The notes beneath the pieces were generated by a model. It saw nothing but the letters and a program-made list of their open reading frames with translations. It ran no database searches and was not told the origin of the DNA. From Camelus ferus (Eukaryota): a DNA stretch of 64,000 bases. Position numbers and translations under genes: made by a program. This document shows positions 42,723 through 63,495 of this stretch, one piece after another (position 1 is the first letter of the stretch; every line of letters begins with the position of its first letter). The stretch is from assembly GCF_009834535.1 (NCBI RefSeq), contig NC_045699.1, positions 43,152,001 through 43,216,000 on the forward strand. The letters run 5' to 3'.

Positions 42723-43528
42723 CATCATTCAAAAGTCCACAAATGACAAATGCTGGAGAGGCTGTGGAGAAAAGGGAACCCTCCTAGACTGCTGGTGGGA
42801 ATGCAGTTTGGTGCAGCCACTGTGGAAAACAGGATGGAGATTCCTCAAAAGACTAGGAATAGACTTACCATATGACCCAATAATCCTGCTCCTGGGCATG
42901 TATCCAGAAGGAACCATACTTCANNNNNNNNNNNNNNNNNNNNNNNNNNNNNNNNNNNNNNNNNNNNNNNNNNNNNNNNNNNNNNNNNNNNNNNNNNNNN
43001 NNNNNNNNNNNNNNNNNNNNNNNNNNNNNNNNNNNNNNNNNNNNNNNNNNNNNNNNNNNNNNNNNNNNNNNNNNNNNNNNCCATTTGCAGCAACATGGAT
43101 GCTCCTGGAGAATGTCATTCTAACTAAAGTAAGCCAGAAAGAGAAAGAAAAATACCATGTAAGATCACTCATAGGTGGAATCTGAAAAAAAAAAAAAAAA
43201 AAAAAAAAAAGAACATGAATATAAAACAGAAACAAACTCATAGACATAGAATACAAACTTGTGGTTGCCAAGGGGCAGGCGGTGGGAAGGGACAGAATGG
43301 GATTTCAAAATTTGTAGATACTGACAGGCATATGTAGAATAGATAAACAAGATTATACTGTATAGCACAGAGAAATATATACAAGATCTTGTGGTAGCTC
43401 ACAGCAAAAAAAAAAAGTGACAGTAAATATATGTATGTTCATGTGTAACTGAAAAATTGTGCTCTACACTGGAATTTGACACAACATTGTAAATGACTAT
43501 AACTCGATAAAAAAAAGTTTAAAAAAAT
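42723..43528 (+). mobile_element. Young 5'-truncated camelid-type L1 (ORF2 C-terminus + 3'UTR) with 15-bp TSD
   Basis: Perfect TSD aagttttggcataca at 42708-42722 and 43529-43543; ORF2 peptide [27 protein letters not shown]; A-rich tail; contains N block 42924-43080. Confidence 0.95.
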
Positions 43529-45559
43529 AAGTTTTGGCATACAGTATGGCAGTCACTCTGACAAGGCAGACAACCGGGGTGCTGTAGAAATGTGCTGTCC
43601 TGCTTATGGAATAACTGTGGTTTGACACACACAGGCCATTGACAGTAAGCTCCCTGAGAGCAGGGGAAGCATCTTAGTCAACATGGTTTTTCTAAAGCCA
43701 GTAAAGTGATCTGCAGAGAGAAAGATGATCAATAATAAAAGACTGACTCAATCAATCAAATACTGGACTCTGTCCTTATGGAGCTCAAGGCTATTAGAGC
43801 AGATAAAATGTCATAAATCACCTTAATATGACTTGGGTAGTAGGCAGGGTTATTAGGAAGGGCAGGCAAAGAACTGTGGTGGCTCAGAGGCATCAGAAAT
43901 CTCTTCTTGTGGTGTAGAGTTGGTCAAGCAAGACTTCCTGGAGGAGGTGGCCTTTGAACTAAATCTTGAATAATAGAAGGGATTTAGATAGAGGAGACAG
44001 TAAAACTCTTTAACATGGTAGTGGCACAAGTACTGATCCATCAGAGTGGAAGCTGGATGGGGCATTCAAGTGGGGTCCTGGAGCCCCTGCTGTGCCAAGC
44101 ATTACCTCTTTAAATAAGAGGTCTTGAGGTTAGGAGGGTCCCCAGGGAGAAGTAGGGTAGCAGGAGCACTATGGAGTTAGGGGCTAGTTACCAACCAGAT
44201 TATGGCTATTTCAATATATTTAATTAACCTATACAACCATACTGGTGCACGTACCTACTGAGTATTAGCCCCAGACATGAACTCCTGAAATGGCCTTACT
44301 CTCTTCTGGTTTGTCAAAGCCACAGGGGCCTTACATGTGAGGCCAGAACAGCAGAGACTACTTTGCAGTTTGATGATGCATCCCTAGGGCCTAGAACAGT
44401 GTGCCTGGAGGATTGGAGGAGGCCCGCTAAATGTTTGTTAAGTCAATAGGCAGACTGGAAACCTCAAGCCCATTCTTGGGGTCCTCTCACTCTTCATCTC
44501 ATTGGACCCACTCTCCCCCTCGAATCCATGCTCCATTCCAGCCCTCACTATAACCTAATATGAGAAGTGGATTCTGTCATTCTCCTGCTCAAAATATTTG
44601 GTGCCTCTCCTTTGCCCAGAATACTGTTTTCCCCATTTTTTTTTTTTAACCAGTTGAACTGGTACTTCCTGAAGCCCTTATCAGATTTTGCCTACTTCTG
44701 TATTACTTTCTGAGGCAGAATTCATCTCTCTCCCCCAAATATGATGATAGTTTTTGCCCTCACTCACCAGGCAGTGAGTGCCTCAGAACAAGGACTGTGT
44801 CTTATTCATTTCCATTTCTCTAGGCCATTAGCCCAACATCTGACATATGGTAGATGCTAAATAAAGAGGAGTGAGAATTAGATGAACAAAGTGATCAAAG
44901 GTTTGGAGAAAAAAATGAACAGTTTCATTTGGCTACAAAATGAGGGAGAGTAGTAGGACATGAGATGGAAGTTTACTGGGTAAGATTTTGAAGGGACTTG
45001 GATGTCAACTAGAGGGAGAAGATGGGTTCATGGAAGACCCTTTGATAGGCAGTCGGAAGCTAATGCAGGTTTCTGAGCAGAGGTGTGATATGATGAATAA
45101 TCCATTTAGTTTAAACCCGTCAGAGTCTCTTTCACAAATACATGCAGTTTTCCATTCACACTCAAATTTGCCTCCCACCTACCCATCCACCCAGCCACCT
45201 CTAGACTCCCCCCAGCAGCTTGCCCTACCTCTTTACCTGCTCCCTGTCTGGGCCAGGGAAGTATATATGGGCTGCTTCCCCTCAGCTAAAGGACGTGGGG
45301 GCCTCTGCTGCCCAGGGCTGGGAAGCAGGCCAGGGTTAGCTGAGGTTGGCTGGCGAGCGGCCCGGCGGTGCCAGGGAGAACCTGCATAGTGCCAGGTGGT
45401 GCCTTGGGTTCCAGGCTGAGCCCATAACCCCGATAACCTTCTGCCTGCGCACATACCTGCCCCTCACTCCACCCCATCCCTGCTTTGCTATCAGGGAGGG
45501 GGCACAGGGCCAGACAGACCCACAGGACTTTGGCTCCATCTCTACAAAAGGGCCTTCTG

Positions 45560-45624
45560 TGAGTCAGCCTGCTCCCCTCCAGGCTTGCTCCTCCCCAACC
45601 CAGCTCCTGTTTCCAATGCACGTA
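45560..45624 (+). promoter_or_regulatory. CA9 promoter: AP-1 site, Sp1-like box and HRE
   Basis: TGAGTCA 45560-45566, CTCCTCCCCAACCC ~45587-45600, TGCACGTA (= TACGTGCA) 45617-45624; same order as the known human CA9 promoter. Confidence 0.9.
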
Positions 45625-45671
45625 CAGCCCGTACACTCATACCGTGTCCAGGACACCCCACAGTCAGCCAC

Positions 45672-48600
45672 ATGGCTCCCCTGTGCCCCAGCCCCTGGCT
45701 CCCCATGCTGATCCCGGCCCCTGCCCCAGGCCCAGCTGTACAGCTGCTGCTGTTACTGCTTCTCCTGCTTCCTGCCCATCCTTGGAGCACGCAGGGGGCT
45801 CCCACCACGGGAGGAGATTCGTCTGGGGAAGATGATCCACTGGGTGAGGAGGACCTGCCCAGTGAAGAGGACCCACCTGGAGAGGAGGACCCATCTGGAA
45901 TGAAGACTGAACCAGGAGAAGAGGATTCTCTGAAGTCAGAGGATCTACCTACTGCTGAGGCTCCCAGGGATACTCAGGGAGCCCAGAATAATGCCCACAG
46001 AGACAAAAAAGGTAAGTGGTCATCAGGTCTGCAAATCTAGGCTCCAGGAGGTTGGTGCTTCCCCTCACTAAACCAGCCCAGGCAGGGAATATTCAGGGAA
46101 GGAGAGGAGCCAGAACTCTGAGAGGAGTCTTTCCCAGCCCCAGGGGCTCCCATGCCACTAAACCCTTCCCCGCTTTCAGAGCTAAGTGGGGAGACAAGAA
46201 AGGGGCACAGATGGAGAGAGCTAAGTAGGAAGAGATGGGAAAGAAGAAAGGGGGAGGTTGGAGAGGAGAAAGAGATGAGGCATGGGGAGAGAAAACAAAG
46301 ATGGAGAGAAGTAAGAGTATGAGAGGAGAGAAGAGGAAAGCTGGGGGGTACCAGAGGAGGAGCAGGAAGGGCTTGTAGAGATCGCCTCATCTTCAGTCTA
46401 CAGATGAGGAAACTGAGACCTCGGAAGAAGGAAACAGCAGGTAGGGGAACCTGGTATCTTGACTCCCAAGCCAGAAACTTTGGGAAAAGAGTTGGAGACC
46501 AGAAGGGGAACAGGGATGAGTGGGGAGGAGGAACCAGTAAGGGAGAAAGATGGTCTGCTGATCTGGGCCTGGAGACTGAGGCTTCCACCCACTTTACAGA
46601 GTCTAAGACAGTAGTTGCAAACTGGTATCTTCCGGGCCAGTAAGATCTTTGTGTGCCCCACCGAGCTGCGGTGTTGTATTTGGCTGGGAGCTATTGTGCT
46701 TTACACCTGGCCTGCTTCAGGCATTTCTGTGACTGCTAGGCTTCTGTAAGACATCCGAGTTTGTGAACCCCTGCTAATGCGGGGATCCACCTTCCTTCTG
46801 GCCGCTGGGGAAGGACTGGGCTCAAAGATTAGCCTCTTCATCCTTCTCATTTATGCAGGGGATGACCACAGTCATTGGCGCTATGGAGGTGAGACACCCA
46901 CCGCCTGCACAGACCCAATCTGGGCACCCAGCTCTGCTGATCCCCGCCCCCCACCCCAACTCCGGCATCCCCGACTGCCAGTCGCCGACACCACCCGCTG
47001 CCTGTCTCTGTCCACATCCCCCATTTCTATTTCCCGCCCGGATGCCTCCTGACTCCACCCCCCTCCCGGGCACTTTTCCTACTCCGCTTCCCTAAAAGTT
47101 CCTGACCTTGTCATCAGACTTCCTGTATATACTCTCCCACTCCAGGCCCCCCGCCATGGCCGCAGGTGTCCCCAGCCTGCGCAGGCCGCTTCCAATCCCC
47201 AGTAGACATCCGCCCGGAGCTCACCGCCTTTTGCCCCGCCCTGCGACCCCTAGAACTCCTTGGCTTTGAGCTCCGGCCACTCCCAGAACTGCGCCTGCTC
47301 AACAATGGCCACACGGGTGAGGCGGTCTCGGGGCGGAGCCCCAGGGAAGGGGCGGAGGCCACTTGGGGATGAGACTGGGCGTGGGGAAGAGGAACGGTGG
47401 TCGGGAGTTAGGCAGGCTCTCCTCGGCCAGAGGGGCGGGCCCGACTCACAGGCCTCTCTTCACGCAGTGCAGCTGAGTCTGCCTCCCGGGCTGGAGATGG
47501 CCCTGGGCCCCGGGCAGGAGTATCGGGCCCTGCAGTTGCATCTGCACTGGGGGGCTGCGGGTCGCCCGGGCTCGGAGCACACGGTTGGCGGTCACCGTTT
47601 CCCTGCCGAGGTGAGCACGCGGCTGTTCGCGGAGGGTCGAAGCAGGGTGCGGGGCAGGGGATCTTGCCGACTTCTACCGTGTCCTCTCCAGATCCACGTG
47701 GTTCACCTCAGCACTGCATTTGCCAATGTTGACGAGGCCTTGGGGCGCCCGGGGGGCTTGGCCGTGTTGGCTGCCTTTCTGCAGGTACCAGCCCTGGACA
47801 CCTCCTTACCCCTGCTTCCCCACACCGCTGAGCTCAGAGTATCTTGCCTCAGAGACCCCATCCCCTCACCTGGCTATCATCTTCACTCATTAGTTCCTTC
47901 ATTCAACGCCCACTGTGAGCCAGGCACTGAGGTGCAAAAAAGATTCAGAAACTGTGGGTCCTTGTCTCTAAGGAGCCCACAGCCAATGAAGGAGGCTGAC
48001 AGGACAGACATATACACAGGACACAGATAAAAGAGTGGTCAGGGAAGGCCTCACAGAGGTGAAACTTGAAGCCTTCACTAGTGGGGAAGTAAAGGAGATA
48101 TTTCATGTAGGGCGAACAGTTTGTGCAAAGACTCAGAGTGTGGCCCATTCAGGGAATGGCAGATGCACTAGAATGGACATCAGGAAGAGTCATTTCTCTA
48201 ATACTCCTATAACCCATAATTTCCCCTTTGTGAAATGCAGTAGAACCTAGAGAAATGCATTTAGTGACCTCTTTGGACCCGTATTGGTCAAGGCTGCCTA
48301 CACAATGGTTAGAGGCGGCTAATAAGATGGCAGGATCGTGAAACACCTGGGGATGATGAGACACCTGTTAGGCTCACTTCCCTCCCTGACTCCCTAATGC
48401 CGGCCTCACAGCACAAAGTTCAGAGAAGCAGCTTAGAAATAGCATGTGCTGGCTCCCAAAGTCAAATGAATTTTTAAGGTGAATGCAGAGGTAGCATAAA
48501 TACAAAGGTTATTGTGGTTTTCTGTGGTGGGACCATGGAATGTGTCCGGAGGTAGTGATGAGTGAGACTGGAAAAGTGAGGAGAGTCCATCATTGAGAGC

Positions 48601-51132
48601 CTTGTATCCTAGTAAAGTGGCCCACCATCCTCCTCCTCCTCCAATTTGCCATTGAAAACTAGTCCACCTGGTTAGGTCAGTTTGCAGAGGAAGAGTAATT
48701 CAACCTTGAGTAATAATAGCATAAGATTTTGTGTTCCCCATAGTTCTCAGAGCTGAGGAATGTGGGACTAGGGGAACCCACCTCACCTTCAGGCCTCCAG
48801 CCATGACCCTAGATATGTATATTCACCTGTCTTGCACTGTCATCTCTTAGGAAGGTCCAGAAGAGAACAGCGCCTACGAACAGTTGCTGTCACATTTGGG
48901 AGAAATTGCTGAGGAAGGTCAGTTTGTTGATCTGGCCACTACCCCTGACACCCTTGTTCATAAAGAATCATTCTTGGGCAGCCTCAGATCTGAGGGTGGA
49001 GAAGTTCTCCCTCTCACAGGGAGGGGGTTGATGTGTGAACTGGCCAACTGTGACCTTGATAATAACTATGAAGCTGCACACAGGCAAACAGGCAAAGGCA
49101 AACTGCTGCCCACAGGCTTTATGTCTAAAAAACCAAACAGAAACCAAAGTAAGACAAAAATAGAATAAGACCAAACAAATTGTGTTTGGAACTTCAGGGG
49201 TTAAGTCTGGAGAGGTAAATTTTTTCTGAGAACTGTATTTCTCCTTCAGAAGCATCAAATACTTATACTTGTAAACACTATTGTTCTTTTCTTTCTCAGA
49301 CACTCTAGGTCATTTTAAACCTCACTTAGCCTACTGGATCTTAGGTTTTGCTAAACTAGAGGAATTGTGCTTTTTGTGTTTTTGGGTCTGTCTTTTAGGC
49401 GTGTAAATATTTATTTACAAGTTATTCAACCCATTTTCTCTTTTGATTCACTCTGGGCTTAAATCTGCATTCCAACGTGTTATCACAGTGTGCAAAGTAG
49501 GAGTGAAGGCTCCGAGGGAGGGCCCAGGGAGCAGTTCTCTCACTCTGTGAGCCCCAAAGCCCTTTACTTTCTTATGAGTTACGTCTTGTGCAGAGTTATG
49601 GGAAGGGATACGTTTAGTGAAGAAGTGGTCTCAGGAAGTTGAGTCAGCTTGGCTTCTGGGAGATGAAAATGTATCCCTGTATCCAAAGCTCTGGTGTACT
49701 GTGGGGGACAGTCTAGGTCAGGCTCCAGCACAGGTCCTCTCCACAGACTCAGAGACCTGGGTCCCAGGACTGGACGTATCTGCACTGCTGCCCTCTGACC
49801 TCAGCCGCTACTTCCGATATGAGGGGTCTCTCACCACACCCCCCTGTGCCCAGGGAGTCATCTGGACTGTGTTCAACCAGACAGTAAAGCTGAGTGCTAA
49901 GCAGGTGGGGTTGGGGCGTGGTGGTGACATAGGGGGTGAAGGGGATAGGGGGGGTAGGATGAGGTGAGAAAGAGGAGGCATGAAGAGACGATGGGCCGTG
50001 TGGGGGATGAGGGGGCAGGGATGGTGGAGCCCTGAGGTGCTGGCTCTGAGTAAGCCTGTGACTCTTGCTTCTGTGCCATGAGCCCACCCCCACTGTCTGC
50101 TGACCTCCATAGCTCCACACCCTCTCTGACTCCCTGTGGGGACCTGACGACTCTCGGCTCCAGCTGAACTTCCGAGCGACACAGCCTTTGAATGGGCGAA
50201 TAATTGAGGCTTCCTTCCCTGTCGGAGTGGACAGCAGCCCTAAGACCTTTGAGCCAGGTGCAGCTTTGTCTGCTGTCCCATACTGCTGTGTCTCCCCAGC
50301 CACAGGTCCCTCATCTTCCCATGTGTCCTCATTTGTCTGTCACTGGTGGTCATAGCCCCCAGCTCTAATGTCTCCTTTTTCTCTTCAGTCCACCTGAATT
50401 CCTGTCTCGCTGCTGGTGAGTCTGTGTCCCTCCTCTGGCTCCTGAGGCTGGGGACACCCCTTGGCACCGTTCAGCCCCAGGGGCTAGTCAGGACCACCAC
50501 TGCTACCTCTCCATTTCTGTAGAACAGACCTCCAACCCCAGTAGGATAGTGTGAGATCAAGGTGGGGGGTTCCCCTGTGGTCCCCAGGGCAAGAGTTGAT
50601 CAGAATGAAATCTCCTAACATCCTCCTTCCCAAACAACTTTTTACTTCACTTTTAGGGAGGGAAAAATGTGCTTATCTTACTTACCCTTTCTTGTGTATC
50701 CACCCCCATCCCTTTGCTGGCCTCTGCTGGATTCTGAGACACTGGGGGCAGCTGGAGAACTTGGGGCAGGGTAGGGGATAGGCGGAAGCAGGCTCTGAAG
50801 GAACCCTACAGATTCCACTCCCTGAGGCAGCCTCTTTCCTCCTCCCTCCAGGTGACATCCTGGCCCTGGTTTTTGGCCTCCTCTTTGCTGTTACCGGCAT
50901 TGCCTTCCTTGTGCAAATGAGAAGGCAGCAAAGGTATTACACAGACCCTCTCGCTCAGGCACAGCCCCCACCTCCCCACATGGAGTCCAGAACAGCTTCA
51001 TGCAAATTATATGCAAATGAGCTCATCCCTGGTGAGATTTCTCATTAAGTCTCCCTGTTGTGTAGACACCCAAGTGGGACCAAAGGGAATGTTAGCTACC
51101 ACCCAGCAGAAGTCACTGAGACTGTTGCCTAG
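45672..51132 (+). CDS. CA9: Carbonic anhydrase 9, 440 aa
   Basis: Exons 45672-46011, 46859-46888, 47146-47316, 47468-47610, 47692-47784, 48851-48917, 49747-49904, 50113-50257, 50389-50415, 50852-50933, 51066-51132 (1323 nt). Signal peptide, GEEDLP-type PG repeats, Zn ligands QLHLHWG/EIHVVH, GSEH, LTTPPC, NQT sequon, TM, short tail. Confidence 0.98.
47885..48150 (-). mobile_element. L2 3' end in CA9 intron 5
   Basis: ttccttcattcaac...tgtgagccaggcactg...gtccttgtctctaaggagc. Confidence 0.65.
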
Positions 51133-51249
51133 AGGCATGCAACTTGGAGAATGTGCAGAGAAGCCAGCCAGAGGAATCTGAGGGGGAGCTGGAGACTTTG
51201 TCCTGCCTATTACACTACTTCCTTTTTAAATCTCCAAAGATATTTTTAA

Positions 51250-51268
51250 AATAAACATTTCTAATAAA
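51250..51268 (+). terminator. CA9 tandem poly(A) signals
   Basis: AATAAA at 51250-51255 and 51263-51268. Confidence 0.85.
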
Positions 51269-51309
51269 ATATGTGGGAGGCACTCTTGTTCCCCAAATCA
51301 AAAGGATGG

Positions 51310-51758
51310 TGTATTCATTTCCTATTGCTGCTGTAACAAATGACCATAAGCTTAATGGTAATGGAAATTTATGAACTGAGAGTTCTGGAGGTCAGAAGTC
51401 CAGAATGAATCTTATGGGCCAAAGTCAAGGTGTTGGCAGAGCTCCTTCCTTCTGGACACTCTTGAGGGGAGAGTATTTTCTTGCCTTTTTCAGCTTCTAG
51501 AAGTCAAGCGTTCCCTGGCTTGTGGCCCCTTCCTTGCATCACCCCAATCTCTTGCTTCCATTGTCTACAACTGCCTTTGACCTTGCCTCCCTCTTATAAG
51601 GACCCTTGTACTTATGTTGGGCCAACCCAGTTAACCTAGAATAACGTCCCCATCTCAAAATCCTTAGCTTAATCACAAGGTCCTTTTTCTCATGTAAAGT
51701 AACGTTTCACAGGATTAGGGTATATCTTTGGTGGAGGGGATACGATTCTGCCTAATGA
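51310..51758 (-). mobile_element. MLT1 solo LTR just downstream of the CA9 poly(A) site
   Basis: tgtatt..tttcctattgctgctgtaacaaatgacca...ttctggaggtcagaagtcc...ttctgcctaatga. Confidence 0.8.
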
Positions 51759-51806
51759 AGACATTATCAGTAAGTGGACAGAAATTGTTGATAGTGTTGG
51801 AATGGC

Positions 51807-51839
<33 letters not shown>
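51807..51839 (+). repeat. (TG)11(TATG)n compound microsatellite
   Basis: Direct count. Confidence 0.9.
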
Positions 51840-52296
51840 CTAGGTTTGGGGCAGGATCAGCCTCTAGGCTTACAATCACATTGAGGCTTTTCGGCTTTCA
51901 CCCTGCTCAAGTAAATCTGTGTAGCTTTGCGGTTTTGGTTTCAGATTGTGTTGTCTGGCCCAGCTGCCTGCTGGAATGGGGCAGTGCCGCTGACTGCAGC
52001 TCCTCTGTTCTGCAGAGAGTGAGGGCCTAAATGTTCCCCCAGCCCTGCCAGGTTTCTCTCCTTCACACAGCCTGCTCACAACCCCTCCTGAGCCCAGCGC
52101 CGCCAGCCCTTGGCTCCTGTAGAAAAGGAAGTCCTGTTGCAGGGCTTGGACCCAGGCCCTGCTCACTCAGAGGCTCTTCCTAAGCTGCTGTTCCCCTCAG
52201 GCATTCTCTCAGCCTTCTGCATTTTGGAAAACTACCCCCACCATCACCAACACCAAAGAAAGGCTTAAAGGGCCCCGTGATGCTGTTAACATCAGT

Positions 52297-52302
52297 TTTA
52301 TT
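52297..52302 (-). terminator. TPM2 distal (smooth/non-muscle terminal exon) poly(A) signal
   Basis: tttatt 45 nt past the stop at 52347. Confidence 0.85.
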
Positions 52303-52346
52303 GGTTAGGGCTGCATCTACAGCCTGGCTGGGGGCAGGGCCAGCCC

Positions 52347-60600
<8,254 letters not shown>

Positions 60601-61269
60601 CCCATCCCCACTTCCCCCTTGCCTCCCTTGTCGCCCCACGCGCCCTCCCTTCTCTTCCCCTCTTCCTGGCGGACTCCTCTCTTCCCTTGTGGGCCAACCT
60701 TACGCCGAAATTTCTTTTCTGCCCTTTTTTGGGATGTTTCCCCTTGGGGAGGCGGGGCCTAGCTGGGGCAAGGAAGGCAGGGGGCGAGGGAAAGAGTTAC
60801 TGAGCTGCTGGGCGTCGGGAGCCAGGGGTGAGATGTCCCCTCTGACCGAGGCCTCCAGAAACAGCCCTGGGAGCCAGGGCCTAGGGTCAGGAGGTCGGAG
60901 GCCCGGGGTGCAAGGCTGTTTGTTTTCGTTTTTCCTCGGGGTGAGGTGGAGGGAGAGGAAGTGGAGAGCCGCCTCTGACGGGGGTGGGGGATTGAGAGAG
61001 TAGGGGAGAGGAGGCGGAAGAAGCCTTGCTCCCCTGGGGCAGAGGGATGGGAGGCCTGACTTTTGCTTGTGGGGTGGGAATCGTGGGAACCGTGGGCCCA
61101 AGGCCGGGGGAGGTAGGGGCACAGAATGTATTTAGATCTGCTTAGCTGACTGCTACTACACATAGAACAAACCTACCTCGCAGTGTTGGGTCTGTCTCCC
61201 TGTTTTTTTCCCTAACTTGTGAAAGATACTTGCATCCATCTCATACTCAGTGCCAGACCCCTGGGGGTT

Positions 61270-62055
61270 AGTTAAGATCTCCTCTGTCCCTCACTTCCAA
61301 CATCCACTTAATCCTGTAGGTTCTACTTCCCACAAATGAGGTTCCTCCTCCAAGTCTCTGGGGTTGCCTTGGGTAGCTCCTTATATTACCTTCTGCCTGG
61401 GTCTGTGGTGGTTGGTGGTCTTACTCCTGGTTCCCCAACTCTCCTGGACATCGTTACACAAAGATATTTTTGAAGTTAGTGCAAATAGAACCCTAAAATC
61501 CTCCAAAACCCCTCCCTTCACTCTTGCTCTTTTGAGGATAAAAATCCACATTTCTTAATATGGTATTAGATAAGGCCCTTTGTTTTGGCCCCTGCCTACC
61601 TCTCTAGCTTTACCTCCTTTCATTTCCAGCTTCACCCCCAGTACACAGACTTGCCCTTCAAGCAGCATTCATACTAAGCTAAGCGCAGGAGCTAGAAATC
61701 ACCATGCTTTTCTCAGAGCTTCCACCTTTTATGCATTCTGTTCTCTATGGCTAAAATGCTCTTCCTTGGCTGATTCCTGGTGGCTGTAAAGACCCAGACC
61801 AAGTGTCAGCTTTTCTGGGAAGCAGTCCCTGGCCACTTCCCCTCCTACCCTCTCCACCTAATATAGGTACATGATCTTGGTGCAAGCTCCTAACATTCTC
61901 ATCATAGTCCCTGTTATAACTGTCCTTGTACCTGATTGCCTCCTCCACTGGTCTGTGAATCCTCCAGAACAGGGGTTGTTTTTCAATTCTGAATCCCCAA
62001 TGCCTAGCGTAGCATCAGGTATAGAGTTGGCACTTGATAAACATTTGCTGGGAGA
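61270..62055 (+). mobile_element. L2 LINE 3' portion
   Basis: Ends with ttctgaatccccaatgcctagc...gcacttgataaacatttgctgga, the typical L2 3' end. Confidence 0.7.
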
Positions 62056-62125
62056 TTTTTTTTGTGCACCAGGTTCAGGATGCACAAAGATACTATGTGG
62101 ATCTAGTGAAATTCATGGTCTAGTG

Positions 62126-63495
62126 GGGCAATTCTCAAAGTTTTTGGTCTTAGAACCCCTTACACATTTAAGAACTAAGAATGGGGTTTGAAATCCAAAA
62201 AGCTTTTGTTGGAGTGGGTTATATCTATCAACACTTACCATATTAAAATGGAAACTGAGAAAAAATTTAAATATTTATTAATTCATTAAAAATGACAGAA
62301 ACAAACCCATTATACATTACCATGTTAACATTTTTAATGAAAAATAACTATATTCACCTCCCCAAATTAGAGCATGGTAGTGATTTTACATTTTTGCAAA
62401 TCTCTTTAATATCTGGCTTAATAGAGGACAGCTGGGTTCTCAAAATCTACGTGTGCTTTCAGTCTGTTGCTATGTGTTGGTTTGTTTGAGGTATTATACA
62501 GGAAGAAAATCTAGTCTCACACAGGTAATTGGAAAAGAAAACAGTATACTGCTGACCCTTGAACAAGGCAGGGTCTGTGAAGTTGAAAATCTGTAACTTA
62601 TAGTCAGCCTTCTGTATGCATGGCTCTTCCGTATGCCTGTCTATATCACGCTTCGTTTGGCTTTTCTACCCAGGGATAATTTTGTAACATCATGCATCAA
62701 TCATTCAGAAAATATTGATTCACTGAGCTATGAGATATTCCAAATGTCAACACGTTTCATTATATATTATTAAAAGAATCATGATGGTTTCAACAGAAAA
62801 GTTGAAGTTTCGGGAAGCTGTAAAGCTCATAGTGGCAGATACAAGTTGGCGAAAATTCTAATTTTCACTTGAAAGCTCACATTGTATCATTGGCAACAAA
62901 TGCTGTCAGGTTCTTCCCTGAAGTGACAGACTCTGTTCCTTTTTGAGAAAAGATCTGCGGATACCCAAGTCTGATAACCATGGTTTGTGTGTTTGTCATT
63001 CCTCCAAGTAAATGTGTCGCTCCATGAAAAAGCAGCTTGTTCAGCTCACAACTCAAAGCACCATCTAAGTGCTTTCCTTGAGACACCATCACACTTCAGT
63101 GGACAGCAGAAGTGTGCCATGCATTCTTCCCAGTTCATCACACAGAATAGTGAAAAGACTTGTTACTAAAGGGTTAAGATTTAATAAAGCTAGTAATTTT
63201 TTTTACTGCTTCATCGAGAACATTCTTAAGTGAAGCCAGCATTTACTTCTTAAATTGCTAGTGTGTGGTGGTGAAGACTACAATGACTGAATACAGTTTG
63301 GGCCACAGCCTTGATTTGTACTAAGGCACTTTTACCCACTAATGTTTTCACACTGTCAGTGCAAATATTGACACTGTGAAAAAGGAAAATAATGTCTTAG
63401 TACTATTATGAAAATGACCTTGACCTTATGGACCCCTGAAGGCTCTTGGGAACCTCCAGGGCACTGAAGAGCCAACCGCATTTTAAGAACTGCTG
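62126..63495 (+). mobile_element. Charlie1-type hAT element with both TIRs and 8-bp TSD; nested Tigger2/MER8-like piece at ~62548-62640
   Basis: gcaattctcaaagtttttggtcttagaacccc ... ttttaagaactgctg; TSD gtctagtg/gtctaatg; nested ctgacccttgaacaa...ttgaaaatc..taacttatagtc. Confidence 0.75.

Noticed and set aside
42694-43185. 163-aa ORF
   Set aside because: It is the L1 ORF2 C-terminal fragment, not a host gene.
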